This document shows, piece after piece, positions 7,357 to 17,321 of a stretch of 64,000 bases of DNA. The stretch lies in the sequence record PP430345. One strand, written 5' to 3'. Positions within the stretch are counted from its first letter, which is position 1. Each line of letters begins with the position of its first letter. The position numbers and the translations under genes are program-made. Source of the DNA: Escherichia phage vB_EcoM-LTH01. The notes under the pieces were generated by a model. The model saw nothing but the letters and a program-made list of their open reading frames with translations, made no database searches and was not told where the DNA came from.

Positions 7357-10300
7357 TTAGCGACGAGTGATGAATACGTCAATCAATGGGCCTTTGCCAC
7401 GATAAACCATGTTAACTACCGATACAGTGTTTGCATCTGTGTTGATGGTTTCAGTACCGTGTACAACAAACTCCGATCCGAATGTTACCGCATGTCCACC
7501 TGTACCATCCTGTTCAAAGAAGAGGAACACTGACTCACCTTTTCCTGAACTCAACAGGCCAATCGGTGCTTTCACTTCAACATCATTTATAACGTTTACG
7601 TTATATATGCTCGTTGAGCCGTCTGGGATATAAGAAGAAGAGGTGGTGCTTACTTCTTTTGGTGTGGTGCTGAACTTGCTTGCGGAAATGGCGTTTTCAG
7701 AACTAAGGGATTGAACATTTAACGGTACAGTCGGGATATTAAACTGACCAGTTACAGTCAGGTCTGTTATGTTCGCCGTCGTTAACGTAGCTGTCGTGGT
7801 AGACAAAGATGCAGGCTCGATCGCCTTTCCAGACAAGTCGATATTGCCAGAGATGTTACCAACAACAGTCAGGTTTCCACCAACTCGAAGGTTCTTGTTG
7901 ATGTTTGCACCGGAAAGAGAAGTTATCCCGTATGTAGGTGCACCTTCATAATCTTCACCGAATGTACCAGATAATCCAGTTACCGATGTACGAGACTCAA
8001 TGGAAAGGGCACTTACTGTTCCCGTTGAGGTCATAGAAGCAACGTTAACGTCTTGAGAGCTAAGGTCAATGTTGCCAGTTACAGTTCCTGTTACGTTAAG
8101 GTCGCCCTGAATCTCACCTGGTCCACGAACTTCAAGAGCAGGATCACTAGACCCGACAGTACGAGTGATAACCGTGTTACCTGAAGTTACTTTACCAGCA
8201 CGGATATCATCGGTGATGACTTGATCAATGTTGCCTATCCCTGAAACCTCTAAGCTTCCTGCCATTACTTGTCCAGTTGAAATCAAAGAACCAACTTCAG
8301 CTTGACCTGTGGCAACAATTGCAGTAGTCTGAATCTCAACTTGAGCGGTTACGCTACGGGGAGAGATATCTTTACCGTTTATGCTTTCCGCTGTCCCTAA
8401 GGCGTTACCATTCGCGTCCAGAAGAGATCCAAATACCTGTACGTCATTGAAGCTTGCTTGACCTTGAACAGATGTGATATTACCAGCGGTGATAGTCAAA
8501 CCATCATTTAAGGTAACAGCACCTTCCAAGAGGCTAGTCTCTTCGACACGTAGCGTTTTAGTTCTCACAGACGTTGCAGACTGCACACTATTTGGAAGAA
8601 TGTCTTGACCAGTGACGTTTGCAAAGAATTGCTCACCATTGGCATTTGTCAGGTTTCCAGTTACCTGAAGATCTACCGTAGTAATCTTTTGATTGTTGGT
8701 TATGTTATTAGCAGTAACCTCGTCAAAAGTTGATCCACGAGTAACCGTCAGGGTATTAACCTGAATGTCCCGCCCAGTGAGGTCTACTTCAAAACCTGTT
8801 ACAGTTCCCGTGATTGTCAGGTTATTTACCTGAGTTTCTCCAGTGGCTGTCAGGTTTGCCGTTGTAACGCTCTCAGAAGCTTCTACAGACGTTGTTTCCA
8901 CAGAGGATGGGAGAATGTCTTGTCCGTCAACATTTCCCGTTACAGTGATTCCTGTGGTGGTTCCTGTGACTACAAGATTGTTAACCGTTGTGGTCGAAGT
9001 TGTTCCTGCGGTAATGTCGCCACTAACTGAGAGGCTCGCACCATCAATTGCAGCAGCCGTTATGTCCCCAGTATCTAAGCTTTGGATACTTAACTCACCG
9101 TCTAGAGTAATATCACCACGAACACGCATGTTGTTACCAACATCGATGTTTCCTGTGGTTGTCACCGAAGAAGGAGAGATTGCTTCACCATCAATAGAGA
9201 CTGTAACTCCCGTCAGGTTTCCAGTGATCTCAAGATCCTTGATCGTTGCCTTGTTAGTCACTGTCAGATCTTGGAATTCAACAGCAGAAGTTCCAAAGTC
9301 GATATCGGCCCTGAGTGTTCCATTAACCGTCAGGTTGTTTACCGTAACATCGCCGGAAGCAGTAGTAGGTCCAGTAATGTTTAAGCTCTCTGCCACAGTA
9401 ACAGATGTTGCACTCACATTACGAGGGGAAATGTCTTTCCCGTCAACACCGATTCCAGCACCCGTGAGAGTACCTTCGATTCTTACATTTTTCAATACTG
9501 TATTGCCAGCAACGGCAAGATCTGCACCGAGAGTTGTATTTCCCTTGACCTCCGCAGTTCTTTCAACCACAATGCTGTTAGGATTAATATCCAGACCTTC
9601 AACGTCAGCCTTCAATCCTTCAATGGTGTTCGTCACACGAAGAGTATTTATTTCCGCAATACCGTCAACGATCAGCTGTGGGCGGTCTTCTGCGTTATTG
9701 GCATTACCCTCTAAGTGAAGATAGTCACCTTGCATGAATCCATCAACATCAAGAGAATTCGTGGAAACAGAGGTATTTCCAACCTTGATCTCTCTCGCAG
9801 TTATATTATCGCTATCAACAACACCAGTGGTGACTTGGAAAGGCTTTATATTTGTTCTTTTGGTTAACCCTGCCTGGGGTGGAACGCCATTTTGTTCAAA
9901 TGCGATTTCTGCGTCTGTGCCTGTCATTCGTAATCTTTTTAAAGATAATTCGGCATCAAGAGCAGCGATCCTGTCGCCAGTGAAGATGGTTTCTCCACTT
10001 ACATAGAGATCTTTCAGACTCGCATCATCTGCAACGATAATGTTTTGGAATTCACCTTTGGACTCTTCAAGAACCTCACCACGTACTTTTTCTATTTCTC
10101 GGCTAACCCAAGCGGTGTTCGCGATAGTAAATGAGCTATCACCTTCAGCAGCAAGAGGTACAGTAGGGTTTCCACGGAAGACAGGGGAAAGGATAGGGGC
10201 GTAAGTTTCTTGAATGTTACCTTTATCGAAGAAAGGTCTGAACTTCCCGTCGTTGATCGGACTGTCTCGCATAACGACAGGGGTACTAGTAGTTGCACCT

Positions 10301-10590
10301 GGGGCATACCACCAAGTTACGTTGCCATTTACATCGGTAAAGGCATACAACTGATTGAATTCAATAACTGAACTTCCATTTCTCCACGGTAACGGTGGAG
10401 TTTTGAAATAAAAGTTATCAATTATTGCTTTACGTACACTCGGGATTAAGCTACCATCTTCTGTAACAGCTTGTTCAGTTGCTGTGCCGTTGACGATCAA
10501 ATGAAGTCTTCGAGAGTCTTCGATGATCTGATCAACAGCAAGGTCTGCTTCGGTGCTTACCAGTGCCAATATATCAGTATTAGACGACAC
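7357..10590 (-). CDS. large tail fiber / tailspike-like protein (1077 aa)
   Basis: Repetitive T/G/N/V-rich segments (recurring ...GxDISPxSV... units); position in tail module. Confidence 0.6.
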   Translation of the reverse strand: MSSNTDILALVSTEADLAVDQIIEDSRRLHLIVNGTATEQAVTEDGSLIPSVRKAIIDNFYFKTPPLPWRNGSSVIEFNQLYAFTDVNGNVTWWYAPGATTSTPVVMRDSPINDGKFRPFFDKGNIQETYAPILSPVFRGNPTVPLAAEGDSSFTIANTAWVSREIEKVRGEVLEESKGEFQNIIVADDASLKDLYVSGETIFTGDRIAALDAELSLKRLRMTGTDAEIAFEQNGVPPQAGLTKRTNIKPFQVTTGVVDSDNITAREIKVGNTSVSTNSLDVDGFMQGDYLHLEGNANNAEDRPQLIVDGIAEINTLRVTNTIEGLKADVEGLDINPNSIVVERTAEVKGNTTLGADLAVAGNTVLKNVRIEGTLTGAGIGVDGKDISPRNVSATSVTVAESLNITGPTTASGDVTVNNLTVNGTLRADIDFGTSAVEFQDLTVTNKATIKDLEITGNLTGVTVSIDGEAISPSSVTTTGNIDVGNNMRVRGDITLDGELSIQSLDTGDITAAAIDGASLSVSGDITAGTTSTTTVNNLVVTGTTTGITVTGNVDGQDILPSSVETTSVEASESVTTANLTATGETQVNNLTITGTVTGFEVDLTGRDIQVNTLTVTRGSTFDEVTANNITNNQKITTVDLQVTGNLTNANGEQFFANVTGQDILPNSVQSATSVRTKTLRVEETSLLEGAVTLNDGLTITAGNITSVQGQASFNDVQVFGSLLDANGNALGTAESINGKDISPRSVTAQVEIQTTAIVATGQAEVGSLISTGQVMAGSLEVSGIGNIDQVITDDIRAGKVTSGNTVITRTVGSSDPALEVRGPGEIQGDLNVTGTVTGNIDLSSQDVNVASMTSTGTVSALSIESRTSVTGLSGTFGEDYEGAPTYGITSLSGANINKNLRVGGNLTVVGNISGNIDLSGKAIEPASLSTTTATLTTANITDLTVTGQFNIPTVPLNVQSLSSENAISASKFSTTPKEVSTTSSSYIPDGSTSIYNVNVINDVEVKAPIGLLSSGKGESVFLFFEQDGTGGHAVTFGSEFVVHGTETINTDANTVSVVNMVYRGKGPLIDVFITRR

Positions 10591-10602
10591 AGTTTTCTCC
10601 TC

Positions 10603-10863
10603 TTACTTGTTTTCGTCGGAAGGGTCTTTATCTTTTTTCAAAGATAATCCCCAACGGAGGTTGATGAGGTCACTCAACAGGTGTGGGGCCACTACCGTAG
10701 GGGCATAAAGCCATACGTACCATTCAGGCAATGTATTGTTGAATCCATACCAGAGAAAGACGGCAGTCATAGCAGCCATACCTACGTTAGACCAAAACTT
10801 CGTATGAGAAGCTTTATCTGGTTCCACCGCAGAGGTCACTAGGTCTTTGAGAAATTTTAACAT
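10603..10863 (-). CDS. small membrane protein (holin-like topology; function unknown)
   Basis: One hydrophobic helix plus charged C-terminus. Confidence 0.35.
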   Translation of the reverse strand: MLKFLKDLVTSAVEPDKASHTKFWSNVGMAAMTAVFLWYGFNNTLPEWYVWLYAPTVVAPHLLSDLINLRWGLSLKKDKDPSDENK

Positions 10864-10885
10864 AGATCACCTTCATTATCAATGT

Positions 10886-11344
10886 TCATACCATGTGGGC
10901 AATGAGCACTAGAAATATCACTACTGCTGTTCTTATCCATTCCGGTACGGTATTATCCTTCCAAGAATAAACGAACACAAAGGTTTCTATGAAATATTTG
11001 TGAGCGTCTCTAAGAGCGAATTCGTAAACCCATAAGGGGAACAATTCTGGATATTGGATTGCAAACACTTGAATAAGCATGAACGGAATACTTAGGCATA
11101 CGATAAGTTTTTGTCGTAATCCTTTCACTGTACAACCCATAGTGAAAAGCAGTATCGAATCCAATGTCCAGACGACATTAAAATAAAGAGTGATATCGAA
11201 ATTGATTTGCGTAGAGAAGAACCAAAGGATCAGGTTCTCCAATACGAGATAGGCCAGGCAAAGCCCAGCCATTATCTTTGTTCCACTCTCTTTTCGAGTA
11301 GCAAGGATTACGAAACAAATGCCATATATTATGGCTGTAATCAT
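10886..11344 (-). CDS. polytopic membrane protein
   Basis: About four hydrophobic segments. Confidence 0.45.
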   Translation of the reverse strand: MITAIIYGICFVILATRKESGTKIMAGLCLAYLVLENLILWFFSTQINFDITLYFNVVWTLDSILLFTMGCTVKGLRQKLIVCLSIPFMLIQVFAIQYPELFPLWVYEFALRDAHKYFIETFVFVYSWKDNTVPEWIRTAVVIFLVLIAHMV

Positions 11345-11673
11345 TTGCGGTTCTCAATAATTTTGTTTAGTAATTCTCGAATATCCTTCTGTAGAGCGTG
11401 GTTTTCTTCTTTTGCTTCCTTTCGCATATCTGTGATATCGGTCCTAATATCTTGGATCGTATCGGTGATATGTTTTATCTTACGGTCAAGAATGGCATCG
11501 ATACTATCCTTAGTAACCGCAGATTCCTTCAAGCGAAGAACATCTTTTTCAAGCTCACTTTGACGTGACTCTAATTTTTTAAAGTCGGTGTAAAAGATCT
11601 TTAATGCACCCAGCAAAATGAATGTTAAAAGACCCCAAAGTGCTTTCAGAACTGCCATTATATCAACAATCAT
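11341..11673 (-). CDS. membrane-anchored coiled-coil protein (start reassigned to internal ATG)
   Basis: ORF-track start 11706 lies inside a GC hairpin (11685-11708); GGAGA RBS precedes ATG at 11673 (MIVDIMAVLK...); N-terminal TM then heptad-rich charged domain. Confidence 0.4.
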   Translation of the reverse strand: MIVDIMAVLKALWGLLTFILLGALKIFYTDFKKLESRQSELEKDVLRLKESAVTKDSIDAILDRKIKHITDTIQDIRTDITDMRKEAKEENHALQKDIRELLNKIIENRK

Positions 11674-11712
11674 AAGTCTCCATAGTCGGGCCGAAGCCCG
11701 ACTCATCTAAGG

Positions 11713-12333
11713 TTAAAAGGTGAACTCTGACCAGTCGATATCACCAGGGGAGGTGCTATCAGGGATACGCATGACTTTAACTCTCATCTTGCGAAGATCG
11801 TTATATCTCTCAAGCTCATCGTCTGTAGCATCTCCCAATTCAACAGCATCCTGAAGCGGAACGATAACAGAACCGATCACTTGCAGAATGCCAGCCTTTC
11901 TTGCAGCGGTGCTAAAAGCAGGGTCATAATCTGCCTTAACTACCTGTTTACCGTTGAATGACCAAACACCGCCTTGCAAAGAAAAATCTTTGGGAAGTGT
12001 ATTAAGATCCACAACAGACAAACCACCTGGGTGAAGACGAGTAACCTCTTCACTCTTTGCCCAGCCACGGACAATACTATGTTCATCAAAGAAAACAACA
12101 TATTTCTTTTTGAACAGTTCGCGAGAGTCGTAGAAATCACGACCTTTATCGTCCTGAAAATACTGAACACCTTCTCCAAAAGCTTTAACTTCCGGTGTAT
12201 AAAGCTTGAAGTTATTCATTCTCATAATTAGCCCTCCACCGTTACCCATACGCCAGACATACGCTTCTGGATTGGTTTGTAATAACCTTGGTTTAATCCA
12301 AGTCCCGCTGAAACAACACCAGTGATTACGCAA
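11713..12333 (-). CDS. tail fiber assembly (chaperone) protein-like
   Basis: Directly downstream of tail fiber gene with overlap; size and acidic C-terminal region typical of Tfa/gpG-type proteins; true start may be an internal ATG. Confidence 0.5.
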   Translation of the reverse strand: MRNHWCCFSGTWIKPRLLQTNPEAYVWRMGNGGGLIMRMNNFKLYTPEVKAFGEGVQYFQDDKGRDFYDSRELFKKKYVVFFDEHSIVRGWAKSEEVTRLHPGGLSVVDLNTLPKDFSLQGGVWSFNGKQVVKADYDPAFSTAARKAGILQVIGSVIVPLQDAVELGDATDDELERYNDLRKMRVKVMRIPDSTSPGDIDWSEFTF

Positions 12334-13862
12334 CCTGCCGGAGCACGTACAGGACTGGTATAGTTGTCCCCATTCATTGTCGTTTGTTGCTCAATACCTA
12401 AACGAACATCTTCGATAGTTTGAACAACTACGGCTGGAATAACTGTAACCTGCCTTGTTGCTTGGATTCCCGTAATAGATCCACGAACAGTAATAACAGC
12501 AGTACCTGGAGCAACACCCGATACATATCCACTTTGTGTAACGACAGCAACGTTAGCATTACTGGTGGAATACACTAGCGGCTCGTTGGAGTTGGCAGGT
12601 GTTCTGTTAACAGGGATCACTTCAGAATCGTTAACTTCCACACTAGGGATGCTGCCGATACTGATCGCTGTCAATGGTGTGTATGAAACTATTTTAACCT
12701 GTGCCGATATACCTGTGGAGATAGAGGCAATGATGTTAGTTTCACCTGGTCCAGTCAATCTTACATTACCAGCGCTATCCACGGTTGCAACATTACCATT
12801 CTGAGAGGTCCAAGTAACAGGATATTGGCTCGCCAAGTTTGCAGGGAGAACTTGAGCAGATATCCCTTGGGTAAAACCTACACGATTTGTAATGCTATCT
12901 GGTGTAGTAACAAGTGCAGTTGGTGACAGACTTCCAGTACCTTGTGCCTGATCAGTCTTGATAATGTACATCACTGCGACGTTCTTAGGTCTGTTTTCCG
13001 GTGCAGTCGGAACTACACGGCTTGCATCGAATCGAACATCACCTGCTGGGTTTTTACGATCGTGGTCAGGACCCGAGTTTGAGTTATATTGCGTATAAAG
13101 CGCACCTTGTTCACGATAACCGTGATCAGTACGGATACTTTCGTAACCCATTACACCCGTAATGTTTCGAATCGCATCACCTTGAATAGAACCTAAAGCA
13201 CGACCAGAGTCAGGGTCGTAAGCTCCAGATCCGTGCGCCCATCCACGAAGGAACAATCCACGATAATCAGGGACTACGTTTCGTCCTAAAACTTGGTACA
13301 GTCGTGGGTTCTGAGATGTACTGAATACTTGCCCGTTACACTCCAAGAATCCCGCCGGAGGAACTTGACCAGCCCAAGTAAGAATTGCACCAATCGGAAC
13401 CAGACGAGGCTCAAGCTCATCAATACGTGCGTTTAATCGGGAAACTGCATTATCTAAGTCTTGAGATAAACGAGTAACACGCTGATCAACCGCAGTGATC
13501 TCACGACGAAGATCTGCAACAGTCTGCTCTACATAAGTTCTTAAAGTTGCAACAGATTGTCTTACGTTCGCAACATCTTCACGAATAACTTCCAGTTGAT
13601 TGTTTACTCGTGTTTCGAGTTCCTGAATCAGTCGCTTGTATTCTTCTTCAACCTCTGGAAACTTCTCTTCTACGATCCAATTAAGCCAAGCACCAGACTG
13701 GTGAAGAATATAGTTGAATTCTTCTGCCGCTGGTTTTTGCCCTTTGTCATAGCCCTTTGCTAAAAGGTCATCAATCGGTTTTGATTTGTTAGGTCTTCCA
13801 GTACCAGGAAGGTTAACATCTTGTGCCGCAAAGACAACAATCGGTGTTGTTGGTCTAGCCAT
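12228..13862 (-). CDS. tail fiber protein with collar-like and Ig-like (Big_2-type) domains
   Basis: LTWAGQVPPAGFLECNGQVFS...PDYRGLFLRGW resembles phage tail-collar domain; TWTSQNGNVATVDSAGNVRLTGPGETNIIAS resembles Big_2 repeats. Confidence 0.65.
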   Translation of the reverse strand: MARPTTPIVVFAAQDVNLPGTGRPNKSKPIDDLLAKGYDKGQKPAAEEFNYILHQSGAWLNWIVEEKFPEVEEEYKRLIQELETRVNNQLEVIREDVANVRQSVATLRTYVEQTVADLRREITAVDQRVTRLSQDLDNAVSRLNARIDELEPRLVPIGAILTWAGQVPPAGFLECNGQVFSTSQNPRLYQVLGRNVVPDYRGLFLRGWAHGSGAYDPDSGRALGSIQGDAIRNITGVMGYESIRTDHGYREQGALYTQYNSNSGPDHDRKNPAGDVRFDASRVVPTAPENRPKNVAVMYIIKTDQAQGTGSLSPTALVTTPDSITNRVGFTQGISAQVLPANLASQYPVTWTSQNGNVATVDSAGNVRLTGPGETNIIASISTGISAQVKIVSYTPLTAISIGSIPSVEVNDSEVIPVNRTPANSNEPLVYSTSNANVAVVTQSGYVSGVAPGTAVITVRGSITGIQATRQVTVIPAVVVQTIEDVRLGIEQQTTMNGDNYTSPVRAPAGCVITGVVSAGLGLNQGYYKPIQKRMSGVWVTVEG

Positions 13863-13874
13863 TAAATTCTCCCA

Positions 13875-14516
13875 TTAAAAGCCCCAAGGGTCTTCGTCGT
13901 CAGATACATAAACTAAAGTTGCAAGTCCACCCGCGCCAGTACGATCAGTGTCGTAGACGGATGCCCACCCAAATGCTTGTTCGTCACCCTCAAATCCAAA
14001 CGGGTATCCCTGATTCTCCACAACTCGCAAGTGAGTCACCAGAGGGAGCATATCAAGTATTTGGTCAAGAATAAGCTCAACTTCCACACAGGTATTGAAG
14101 ATGTTAATATCCATACGGTAATTTCTACCCTTATAGGTAGTCACACCCTCCTCACCGAATAATTGCTTCAGTGTGGATATAATTTCAGATCTTGTTCCAC
14201 TTTTAGATCCAATAGCTGTAAGGATTATAATAACAGCCCTGTACTCAGGATCATTCAATCCGTTACGGAAGATACCGTTTTGTCTGCCTATTTCGTCGAG
14301 AGTGTCGCCCTCTGCATTGATGATTGTTCTCATCTCTGCCAGTTCAACAGCTTTCTGATCTATGAGTTCAAGACGTTTCAAGAAGATCTCAAGGACCTTT
14401 TGGATGTTATCTTTATTCTCAAAGATCTCAGGGGGTAAATAATCAATACCCCCTTTGACGAAATCAGGCAGAGGATGGATGTGGTTAACATCCTTCTTTT
14501 CTGTAACCTCTGCCAT
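13875..14516 (-). CDS. baseplate/tail protein (P2 gpI-like position)
   Basis: Position between baseplate J-like gene and tail fiber; size ~210 aa. Confidence 0.4.
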   Translation of the reverse strand: MAEVTEKKDVNHIHPLPDFVKGGIDYLPPEIFENKDNIQKVLEIFLKRLELIDQKAVELAEMRTIINAEGDTLDEIGRQNGIFRNGLNDPEYRAVIIILTAIGSKSGTRSEIISTLKQLFGEEGVTTYKGRNYRMDINIFNTCVEVELILDQILDMLPLVTHLRVVENQGYPFGFEGDEQAFGWASVYDTDRTGAGGLATLVYVSDDEDPWGF

Positions 14517-14525
14517 TCTTTCTCC

Positions 14526-16010
14526 TTAAACTATCTGACGGAATTCAATATTCTCTGCGGACAGGGCGAATACTTCAGTAACATCGGCAGATACATCTGT
14601 TCCAACATAGGAAGACTCAGGTTCTTCTACGTTCTTAATCTCAACAAAAACTTGAGTGAAACGAGATGATGCCGTTGAACTGATAACTGTACCTACCAAC
14701 TGAACGTTGTACAGAGTTCCGGCTATAATAGTCCCATTTATCGCAGTAATCAAGCTATTTGAGATAGTTGTTTCTTCGACAACAGAAAGAGGTCTTCCAC
14801 GATAGCTGATTCTCATACTCAGGTTACGAGCTTGGGCCTTCGTGTGCCAGATTGTTTCTACTTGGTCATCTTCAGTGGTGATGTTGTAGAAAGTACTCCC
14901 TGACGTATTGTTGGAACCAGCGATAGTGTCGTAAAGTACCTGACTGATTTCAGCAGTGTTACCACCGTAAACAACAGGCATGAAGGAGTAAGGAGGCACA
15001 CCAACAGAGTTTGTCTTGTCGGTATTGTTTGCAAAGATCCTTACCTTCTCTATACCCTCAACTTTGTTCAGCAGTGCAGAAAGGATCGCTGCACGAGTGG
15101 CCTTTCCTGTGTTAACTGCATCAATTGCACGGAGACGGTATTCATTATCTGATTCTACGTCTGACCCTGGGGTGAATGCAATCAGGTTCGTCAAGTCAAG
15201 GAAACCCGCCGGAACCGGACTTATTCCACGAACACTGAAAGCATCACGAGATGTTAAACCAGGCTCCGTAGCTCTAACATCCATTGTGATAGTTCTAGTA
15301 CCTGCCAATGGTTGAGTACGGAAATCGATTCTGCTTGACAAGCCGATAAGGTTCTTGTTACTATCATACCCAATGTGGATAGAGTTGGCTACGGAATCAA
15401 TAATGATTTTATCACGGTTGGACAGGATAGTGTTCTCCACAATGAAATCTTTAATTGCAGAGAAGAATGCGATAACAGGCGCACCAGTGGTGGCTGTCAA
15501 TTGATATGTCATGGTCTTGATCGATTGATCATTGATGTTCTGGATCTGTAATCGGTAACTTCCGACAGAAAGATCCGAACCACGGATGACCTGAGCAAAA
15601 ATGTTTCCTGCAACCTGAACATCGTTAGATAGACGATAATCGTTGTCGATGGTGTATGCAGAGGCAGAGTAAATCATGTTGTAAGGGATAGTGGAATCAA
15701 TGGTCAACTGAACCTGACCTGTGCTTCGAGTCTTCCCGTTACGATAAATACCACGCTTAGATAAAAGGTCGTCAAGGTAAATACCTTCTGCACCTTGCAT
15801 TGTCTGTGCGTAATAAACAGAACCCATCAACAACCAGAGTTGATATTCACGTTCGTTAAAGATAGAAATGAGTTTGTCAGCAACTGAGTTACTTTCGGTA
15901 TTGAAATCTTCACCAAATTCATTCTTGAAAGTTTTCTTCGTTTCCTGAATCAAGTCTTCCATCGGCGGGAGGTTAAATCCACTACCCGTTAGACCGTAAT
16001 TGGACGCCAT
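14526..16010 (-). CDS. baseplate J-like wedge protein
   Basis: Size and position upstream of tail fiber genes in Mu/P2-like order. Confidence 0.55.
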   Translation of the reverse strand: MASNYGLTGSGFNLPPMEDLIQETKKTFKNEFGEDFNTESNSVADKLISIFNEREYQLWLLMGSVYYAQTMQGAEGIYLDDLLSKRGIYRNGKTRSTGQVQLTIDSTIPYNMIYSASAYTIDNDYRLSNDVQVAGNIFAQVIRGSDLSVGSYRLQIQNINDQSIKTMTYQLTATTGAPVIAFFSAIKDFIVENTILSNRDKIIIDSVANSIHIGYDSNKNLIGLSSRIDFRTQPLAGTRTITMDVRATEPGLTSRDAFSVRGISPVPAGFLDLTNLIAFTPGSDVESDNEYRLRAIDAVNTGKATRAAILSALLNKVEGIEKVRIFANNTDKTNSVGVPPYSFMPVVYGGNTAEISQVLYDTIAGSNNTSGSTFYNITTEDDQVETIWHTKAQARNLSMRISYRGRPLSVVEETTISNSLITAINGTIIAGTLYNVQLVGTVISSTASSRFTQVFVEIKNVEEPESSYVGTDVSADVTEVFALSAENIEFRQIV

Positions 16011-16101
16011 TGTTCCTCCTGCTCCAAAATTAGACGATAAGCGTATTTTATCATAATATCCAGAGAATTAAAAGAAAAGGGAGCACGAGGCTCCCTTGAG
16101 G

Positions 16102-16626
16102 TTATTTCCAGGTATTGACCCAAGTAGAGTCACCATATTTCGGTAATCTGAAGTTAATCAGGTAGTAAAGCTTGTTCTTGAATTCAATTAAAGAACCTTC
16201 GTCACCACACAGTTCAACGTTACCTTCCGGCGGTGTTGGATACTCATAAGTATCATCACCTAAGAATGCGAAGTTAATCTCTTCACCCTCTGACGTTACA
16301 ACCGTAAAGAAGCATTTATAACTACGGCTGTAAATCTCTACAGAGGAATTGAAATCTTTTATCGCGATCACATCCGGCTCTTGACGAACCTCTTGCTTTA
16401 TCCTATTATCCAGTACAGTTTTTGATAGTTTCTTGGCAATAAACATTCCGTAAGGGAAGCCTATTGTTTCATCGAAATACCAAGTTCCCTGCCAGATCCC
16501 GAAGCGAAGATAAAGCCTTTGACGTAAACTCATCTGGTTAGAGGTAACAACCTGCAAAGTCCTTGTCGAGAAATCAAGATCCCCTGTTAAGGGATCTAAA
16601 AGGAAGTCTTTAAATACTGTAGCCAT
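16102..16626 (-). CDS. baseplate protein (gp25/W-like position)
   Basis: Gene order only. Confidence 0.35.
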   Translation of the reverse strand: MATVFKDFLLDPLTGDLDFSTRTLQVVTSNQMSLRQRLYLRFGIWQGTWYFDETIGFPYGMFIAKKLSKTVLDNRIKQEVRQEPDVIAIKDFNSSVEIYSRSYKCFFTVVTSEGEEINFAFLGDDTYEYPTPPEGNVELCGDEGSLIEFKNKLYYLINFRLPKYGDSTWVNTWK

Positions 16627-17318
16627 TATACTTTAACCCCACTGGTATCACCACCTCTTTCAACGCCACTATGTCTATGGTTGAGGTAGTCGGCATAAAA
16701 ATCTTCCAGATCAACACCGGAAGCTGTGATCACGTTACCGGAGGTTGTTATGGTGCAACCATTCACCCTTACCATTCCAGACTCCATCACTTCTATGTTG
16801 GCAGGACCATTCGAAAACGTCATCTTACCACTTTGCTCAATCTTTAGATTGGCAGCAGGATTCTGAAACGTCATCGTCCCATCAGGCATCAGTGTCATAA
16901 CACCTTTATCGTTCTCAAGAACAACGTTGTCGGGATGAGCAGCCTTTCCATTACCTTCGGTAAATATCTGCGTCACAGCCCAACCAGGGAATAATTGATG
17001 GGTATTCACATCCTTAAAGTCACCTTCGTTCCTTTCAGAGAAAGCAACACCCACCAAATCTCCGACTTTTATAGGCATAGATAATCTTGCCTTTCCACCT
17101 GCGCCGGAAGGGAAGTTAATCGGAACATCGTAAATAACTGGATAAGCTTCTACTGTTCCGTTATCAAATTCCGTTTGTGCCATAGGTTTAACATCGACAG
17201 AGGGGATGGCGTAATTAACGCCAACCACTGTTCCTCGGATGTTAGTATGCACGTTGTTTCGCAGATATCTTCCGACAAAGACAGATAGTGCTGCATCATA
17301 ACGATCTACGTAAGCCAT
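16626..17318 (-). CDS. baseplate spike / assembly protein (gpV-like position)
   Basis: Gene order; ATGGCTTACGTAG start overlaps upstream stop. Confidence 0.35.
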   Translation of the reverse strand: MAYVDRYDAALSVFVGRYLRNNVHTNIRGTVVGVNYAIPSVDVKPMAQTEFDNGTVEAYPVIYDVPINFPSGAGGKARLSMPIKVGDLVGVAFSERNEGDFKDVNTHQLFPGWAVTQIFTEGNGKAAHPDNVVLENDKGVMTLMPDGTMTFQNPAANLKIEQSGKMTFSNGPANIEVMESGMVRVNGCTITTSGNVITASGVDLEDFYADYLNHRHSGVERGGDTSGVKV

Positions 17319-17321
17319 AAG

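Noticed and set aside
8843-9718. 291-aa plus-strand ORF
   Set aside because: Antisense to the 1077-aa tail fiber gene; Val/Thr/Pro-rich shadow of repetitive coding sequence.
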